Assembly (NCBI GenBank): GCA_963840935.1
Contig: CAWJAS010000001.1
Span: forward strand, 192,875-256,874
Length of the DNA: 64,000 bases
Origin: Candidatus Magasanikiibacteriota bacterium
GTDB taxonomy: Bacteria > Patescibacteriota > Patescibacteriia > Magasanikbacterales > GWA2-37-8
Direction of reading: 5' to 3'
Each line of letters begins with the position of its first letter. Position 1 is the stretch's first letter. This document shows positions 59,305 through 64,000 of this stretch, in pieces. Position numbers and translations under genes: made by a program. Under the pieces are notes generated by a model that saw only the letters and a program-made list of their open reading frames with translations, was not told where the DNA came from and did no database searches.

Positions 59305-59359
59305 TCTTAGCAACACAAATAAAAAACCGCAGAAATAATTCCCGCGGTTTTTTTTATTT

Positions 59360-60886
59360 TTATTTGGCGTATTCAATCACTCTGGTTTCACGAATTAATG
59401 TAATTTTTATTTCACCCGGATATTGCAATTCCTGCTCAACTTTTCTGGCAATATCTTTTGCCAGTTGGTAAGCGGCATAATCATCAATTTCGCCCGGTTT
59501 CACAAAAATCCTAACTTCGCGACCGGCCTGAATAGCGTAAACTTTTTCTATGCCCGGAAATTCCCCGGCCACTTTTTCTAGTTCTTCCAAGCGGGCAACG
59601 AATTGTTCGTATGAATCTTTGCGCGCTCCAAATCTGGCACCCGAAATTGCGTCGGCCGATTTCACCACCACGGAATAAATATTGTACGGCTTATCCAAAT
59701 GATGGGTGAGTGCGGCTTGGGCCAAGTCCTCATCCATGTTGAACTTTTTCATGATGGCATAGCCGATTTCCGGGTGTGACCCTTGAGTTTCCTGGTCAAC
59801 GGATTTTCCGATGTCGTGAAAGAATCCGCATTTTTTTGCTTTGGCTGAATCCAATCCCAATTCAGCGGCAATGATTCCCGATAAATATCCGACTTCCATT
59901 GAATGGTTCAAAATGTTTTGGCCGTATGAGGTGCGGTATTTGAGCCGACCGACAATGCCGACCAATTTGGGGTCAATGCCTGTGATGCTCATTTTATAGA
60001 GTGCTTCTTCGCCGGCCTTTTTGATGTCGAGCGCCAAATCCTGTTTGGCTTTTTCAACAAATTCTTCGATTCGGGCCGGTTGGATTCTGCCGTCCTCCAT
60101 TAATTTTTCGAGCGATAATTTTGCCACTTGCCTTCGGATGGGGGAGAATCCGGATACTGTTATTACTTCCGGTGTTTCGTCAATAATAAGCTCGCAACCG
60201 GTCAGTTTTTCAATCGCTTTGATGTTTCGTCCTTCTTTGCCGATGATGCGTCCCTTCATTTCTTCGTTTGGAAGAGCGACCGTGGTTGAGGTTGTTTCGG
60301 CGGCGTGCGATGAAGCGCAACGCTGAATGGCTGAAACAATAATTTCACGGGCCTTGTCTTCGTAGGATTCGGTGCTTTCTTTTTCCAATTTAATTATTCG
60401 TCCCATTAAATCGGTTTTGCTTTCTTCTTCGACTTTGACCATTAAAACCTTTTTTGCTTCTTCACGAGTCATTTCGGCCACGCTTTGAAGCTTGGCCATT
60501 TCTTGGTCGTGAATTTTTTCAAGCGCTGTTTTAATTTTGTTGATGTGGTCTATTTTCTCTTGGAGTTTTGTTTGCTTATCTTGGAATTCCAAAAGTTTTT
60601 GGTCAAACATGCCTTCGCGTTTTTCCAAACGCTGTTGCGCCGATTGCAGGTCTTGGCGCATTTTTCTTTCTTCGCGCTTTGCTTCTTCAAGCATTTGCAC
60701 CGCTTTTTCTTTGGCCGTCAAAATAGTTTCTTGGTATTTTGTTTTGGCCTCGGCCATTATTTTTTCGGCCTTAGCTTCAATTGAATGAGCTTTTGCTTTG
60801 GCGGTTTTCTTGCGCCAAAAATAACCGGCGGTGACTCCAAGCCCGGTAGAAATTACGGCGATAACAATCCAAATAATGTTTTGCAT
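59360..60886 (-). CDS. rny: Ribonuclease Y
   Basis: N-terminal TM, coiled coil, KH (KGRIIGKEGRNI), HD (RTSYGQN, HDIGK), AIQAGRE. Confidence 0.98.
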   Translation of the reverse strand: MQNIIWIVIAVISTGLGVTAGYFWRKKTAKAKAHSIEAKAEKIMAEAKTKYQETILTAKEKAVQMLEEAKREERKMRQDLQSAQQRLEKREGMFDQKLLEFQDKQTKLQEKIDHINKIKTALEKIHDQEMAKLQSVAEMTREEAKKVLMVKVEEESKTDLMGRIIKLEKESTESYEDKAREIIVSAIQRCASSHAAETTSTTVALPNEEMKGRIIGKEGRNIKAIEKLTGCELIIDETPEVITVSGFSPIRRQVAKLSLEKLMEDGRIQPARIEEFVEKAKQDLALDIKKAGEEALYKMSITGIDPKLVGIVGRLKYRTSYGQNILNHSMEVGYLSGIIAAELGLDSAKAKKCGFFHDIGKSVDQETQGSHPEIGYAIMKKFNMDEDLAQAALTHHLDKPYNIYSVVVKSADAISGARFGARKDSYEQFVARLEELEKVAGEFPGIEKVYAIQAGREVRIFVKPGEIDDYAAYQLAKDIARKVEQELQYPGEIKITLIRETRVIEYAK

Positions 60887-60904
60887 ATAAAAAAATTTCC
60901 CAAA

Positions 60905-61131
60905 GATTTTTAAGGGAAACTAATCGCGGGCGAACTGATGTTCGCGCGCCAAAGAAGCGGGTTTTAGTTGAACACAAAAATTAACCGACCTGACTTTCGG
61001 TCGCAAAATAAATTGCGGTTATACGGTTTGATATATTAATTAAGTCAGCTTTCATATTTCCTTATTTGCCAAATCTTTCACTGATTTTTGCGTTTTTTTC
61101 CGTTTCTTCTGCGATTTGTTCCTTAAAAATC
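60905..61131 (-). ncRNA. Candidate rod-shaped RNA (6S-like) or structured rny leader
   Basis: Nested long-range stems closed by GATTTTTAAGG/CCTTAAAAATC, downstream of a consensus promoter. Confidence 0.55.
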
Positions 61132-61150
61132 AATAATTATTAACTTCTGT

Positions 61151-61179
61151 ATTATACCACAAAAACGGGTCCGTGTCAA
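61151..61179 (-). promoter_or_regulatory. Consensus sigma70 promoter for the rny leader
   Basis: TTGACA-17-TATAAT with extended TG; the -35 overlaps the truB stop codon. Confidence 0.85.
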
Positions 61180-61871
61180 ATATGAAAATCATTCGGAAAA
61201 ATAGCATTTTCCACTGAGTAGTCCCCAATTTTTGTTCGACGCAATTGATCGCAATAAGCGCCCGTGCCAAGCGCTTCGCCAATATCGCGCGCCAACGTGC
61301 GAATGTAGGTGCCGGTTGAACAGTCGATTTTAACGGTCAGATTCGGCCATTCATAATCGATTAGTTCTATGTTATAAATATTAATCTTACTCGGTTCGCG
61401 GTGTACGATTTTGCCTTGGCGGGCGAGTGAATATAATTTTTTGCCGTTTATTTTTTTTGCCGAATACATCGGCGGAATTTGTTCCTGTTCGCCCAAAAAG
61501 TTTTTGAGTGTTTTTTTAATTACTATTTTTGACCTGTCGCTCACGAGCGACGGGTTTGAATTTTGATTTTTTGTATGTGTAATTACACCATCTCTGTCAT
61601 CGGTGTCTGAAACAGCGCCAAGTCGAATTGTTGCCAAATATGTTTTTGGCAAGTTTTTGAATTCGTCCAATTTTTTTGTCGCTTCGCGTCCGACTCCGAT
61701 GATCAAAAGACCGGTGGCAAACGGGTCGAGAGTACCGGCATGGCCGACACGAATGGTTTTTTCTTCGGGATTTTTTTGACGTGCTATTTTTCGGACAACA
61801 TTAACCGCGTCAAAACTGGTCCAACCGGCCGGCTTGTCAATCAAAAAATAATTGTCCGAAATTTTTTTCAT
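61176..61871 (-). CDS. truB: tRNA pseudouridine(55) synthase TruB (no PUA domain)
   Basis: DKPAGWTSFD, VGHAGTLDPFATG, PPMYSAKK, CSTGTYIRTL. Confidence 0.97.
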   Translation of the reverse strand: MKKISDNYFLIDKPAGWTSFDAVNVVRKIARQKNPEEKTIRVGHAGTLDPFATGLLIIGVGREATKKLDEFKNLPKTYLATIRLGAVSDTDDRDGVITHTKNQNSNPSLVSDRSKIVIKKTLKNFLGEQEQIPPMYSAKKINGKKLYSLARQGKIVHREPSKINIYNIELIDYEWPNLTVKIDCSTGTYIRTLARDIGEALGTGAYCDQLRRTKIGDYSVENAIFPNDFHI

Positions 61872-61977
61872 ATGAAATTATCAGATTGTATTAATCATAC
61901 CAGATATTTTTTAAAAAAATAACCACCTCGGACGAGGTGGTGAGGTGGGGTTGCGGAAGAAGAAAGCCATCTTCCGT

Positions 61978-62316
61978 TTAAAGGGTGTTGATTTTGGTGA
62001 GAAGCATGTAAAAAAGCGCAGTTTCATGGCGCGAGAGTTTGAACCACAGCAATTCGGGATGCTGACCGCTCGTACGCGCGATGAATTTCTGGCAGAACAG
62101 GTCTTGCTCGTCTTCGGAAGTGACTCCCAACGCCTCAAACAGAGCGGAAAGTTTCGCCGGACAGCGATTTTTCCCTTTGTTCACGGGAATCATTACCACC
62201 CGATCTTTTGAACAGATTGGTTTTCCGGAGATGTAGCACTGTCCTTCGGGCGCTTCTTTTGCAAGAAAAGGCGTGATTCTTTCATGCGGTGGTGGAACAG
62301 AGCTTGTGCTTTGCAT
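61978..62316 (-). CDS. Hypothetical protein (ORFan cassette)
   Basis: AGGAGG upstream; terminator AACCACCTC/GAGGTGGT at 61921-61941. Confidence 0.6.
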   Translation of the reverse strand: MQSTSSVPPPHERITPFLAKEAPEGQCYISGKPICSKDRVVMIPVNKGKNRCPAKLSALFEALGVTSEDEQDLFCQKFIARTSGQHPELLWFKLSRHETALFYMLLTKINTL

Positions 62317-62318
62317 CT

Positions 62319-62552
62319 TTAACCATTGTCCTCCTTTTTCTTTTCCGGACCGATGATGTGCGAATTCATCCCGAGTTCCGCGATGACCTTGCCGTCGTTC
62401 AGGTTGTCACCCGCACGGCTCTGCATCTGGAAGCTCGGAGGAGAGGAAGACCGCTCCTCGTGAATAATCGCCCTTCGCACTTCTTCGCTCCGGTTTACGC
62501 GTGTTTTCATTTTTCCGCTCCTTGGTTCGTGCCTTACCCTTGTCCTGTACAC
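62319..62552 (-). CDS. Hypothetical protein (ORFan cassette; start uncertain)
   Basis: Downstream of TTGACA-17-TAGTAT at 62617-62589; an alternative start at MKTR has AAGGAG upstream. Confidence 0.45.
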   Translation of the reverse strand: MYRTRVRHEPRSGKMKTRVNRSEEVRRAIIHEERSSSPPSFQMQSRAGDNLNDGKVIAELGMNSHIIGPEKKKEDNG

Positions 62553-62717
62553 CCTTTTGTAAAAGAACAGACCTCCTTATGGTTCAACATACTACCTATT
62601 GTAGTATATTTTGTCAACATATATCAACGGTCATGGCGCTATAATTTGACTAAATCGGCAAAAACAAGTATAATTTACTAAATTTTTTAACACTTTTTAT
62701 ATTAATGAATAAATACC

Positions 62718-64000
62718 ATGAATGTTTCCGATTTGGCCAGACAATTGAGGGTTCATCCGCAAAAACTCCTTTCCATTTTACCTGAGTTTGGTTTTGATAT
62801 TGGCGCGCGGGCGGTGAAGATTGACGACCGAGTGGGTGAGCAAATCAAAAAAGAATGGCGCCGAATAAAATATATTTTGGAAGAAAGAGAAAAAAAGGAA
62901 AGAGAAAAAGAAAAAGAATTAGAAAAAGAAATGCGCCGTCAAAGTGGAGCGACCGTAAAAATTCCCGGTAAGATTACGGTTAAAGATTTGGCTTCAGTAC
63001 TTGATGTCCCGCTTAACAAATTGATTTTGGAGTTAATGAAAAATGGAATTTTGGCCACGCAAAATGAATATCTTGACCACGACACGGCGGTTATTATGGC
63101 CAATGATTTGGGTTTCAAAGTCGAACAAGAAGATGAAAAACCAGAAACAGACAGGTCGGAAGAACACGCCGTTGTTTTGGAATCTATTTTAAAAGACAAA
63201 GTCGAACCGCGCTCGCCGGTGATTGTGGTAATGGGTCATGTCGACCACGGTAAAACAAAATTGCTTGACGCGGTCAGGCGTACGGATGTGGTTGCTACGG
63301 AAGCCGGTGGAATCACGCAACATATTGGCGCTTATCAAGTAAATTGGGTTAATCCCAAAAGCAAAGAAAATCGCGCCATTACTTTTATTGATACTCCGGG
63401 CCACGAAGCTTTTACTGTCATGCGCAGTCGCGGAGCCAAAGTGGCTGATATTGCCATCTTGGTGGTGGCGGCCGATGATGGAGTAAAACCGCAAACCATT
63501 GAAGCGATAAATATTGCCAAGGCGGCAAAATTGCCGATTCTTGTGGCCATAAATAAAATTGACAAAGAAGGCGCCGACCCAACGCGCGTGCGCACCGAAC
63601 TCTCGCAAAACGGAGTGATTAGCGATGAATGGGGAGGCGATGTGCCGATGGTAGAAATTTCTGCAAAGCAAGATGTTAATATTGATAAATTATTAGATAC
63701 TTTGCTTTTAATCGCCGATATGCACGACGCGGAAATTCGTGCTAATCCCAATCGAGCCGCCGCCGGAATGGTGATTGAAGCTCACGTGGACAAAGGCGAA
63801 GGACCGGTTGCCACTTTGCTTGTGCAATCGGGTACTTTGCGTTTGAATGACCCGCTTGTGGTTAACGGAGAGATTTATGGCAAAGTTAGAGCAATGAAAA
63901 ATTATAAAGGCGAATCAATTCTTGAAGCGGGCCCAAGTTGCCCGGTCAGAGTTTTGGGTTTTAAAGTGGCGCCACAAGTCGGTGATGTTTTGGATGTCGG
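62718..64000 (+). CDS. infB: Translation initiation factor IF-2 (3' truncated by window)
   Basis: [10 protein letters not shown]..., [37 protein letters not shown]; absent from the ORF track because there is no stop. Confidence 0.97.
   Translation, partial: MNVSDLARQLRVHPQKLLSILPEFGFDIGARAVKIDDRVGEQIKKEWRRIKYILEEREKKEREKEKELEKEMRRQSGATVKIPGKITVKDLASVLDVPLNKLILELMKNGILATQNEYLDHDTAVIMANDLGFKVEQEDEKPETDRSEEHAVVLESILKDKVEPRSPVIVVMGHVDHGKTKLLDAVRRTDVVATEAGGITQHIGAYQVNWVNPKSKENRAITFIDTPGHEAFTVMRSRGAKVADIAILVVAADDGVKPQTIEAINIAKAAKLPILVAINKIDKEGADPTRVRTELSQNGVISDEWGGDVPMVEISAKQDVNIDKLLDTLLLIADMHDAEIRANPNRAAAGMVIEAHVDKGEGPVATLLVQSGTLRLNDPLVVNGEIYGKVRAMKNYKGESILEAGPSCPVRVLGFKVAPQVGDVLDV

Noticed and set aside
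28111-62617. Integron cassettes or a prophage as explanation for the ORFans
   Set aside because: No intI, attC-type ends or phage genes; units are dispersed and each has its own promoter.
240-63751. Numerous antisense or alternate-frame ORFs overlapping housekeeping genes
   Set aside because: Shadow ORFs of well-supported genes, with no independent start signals or motifs.

Overview
A 64-kb core-chromosome window from a low-GC bacterium. It looks like Patescibacteria/CPR (inferred from the missing rpmD between rpsE and rplO, AT-rich leaders without SD on core genes, a short Rel protein and a VirB2/pilin-like membrane protein). It holds the S10-spc ribosomal cluster to secY, then adk-map-ruvX-recO-asnS, parAB, rel, topA-dprA-pth-der, recG, radA, a Clp ATPase, pheST, dnaE, mutM, tsaD, two HU genes, rny, truB and the 5' part of infB, plus five tRNAs. 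The most interesting signals are non-coding. (1) The rel/topA gap (17605-18145) has three consecutive promoter-RNA-terminator units; RNA1 and RNA3 are complementary in permuted order and flank a structured ~260-nt RNA2. (2) A ~227-nt rod-shaped, 6S-like RNA lies upstream of rny. (3) A small membrane-protein cassette has two alternative anti-SD segments, like a type I toxin mRNA. (4) REP-like palindromes are inserted in frame in mutM, tsaD, truB and possibly recG, nested in each other and in tRNA-derived repeats. (5) Stand-alone ORFan cassettes have consensus promoters, SD sites and in some cases a boxA-like motif. (6) recO and dnaE carry in-frame stops and prs a frameshift, all at or near GATT(C/T). 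All calls are by eye; no searches or folding programs were run.
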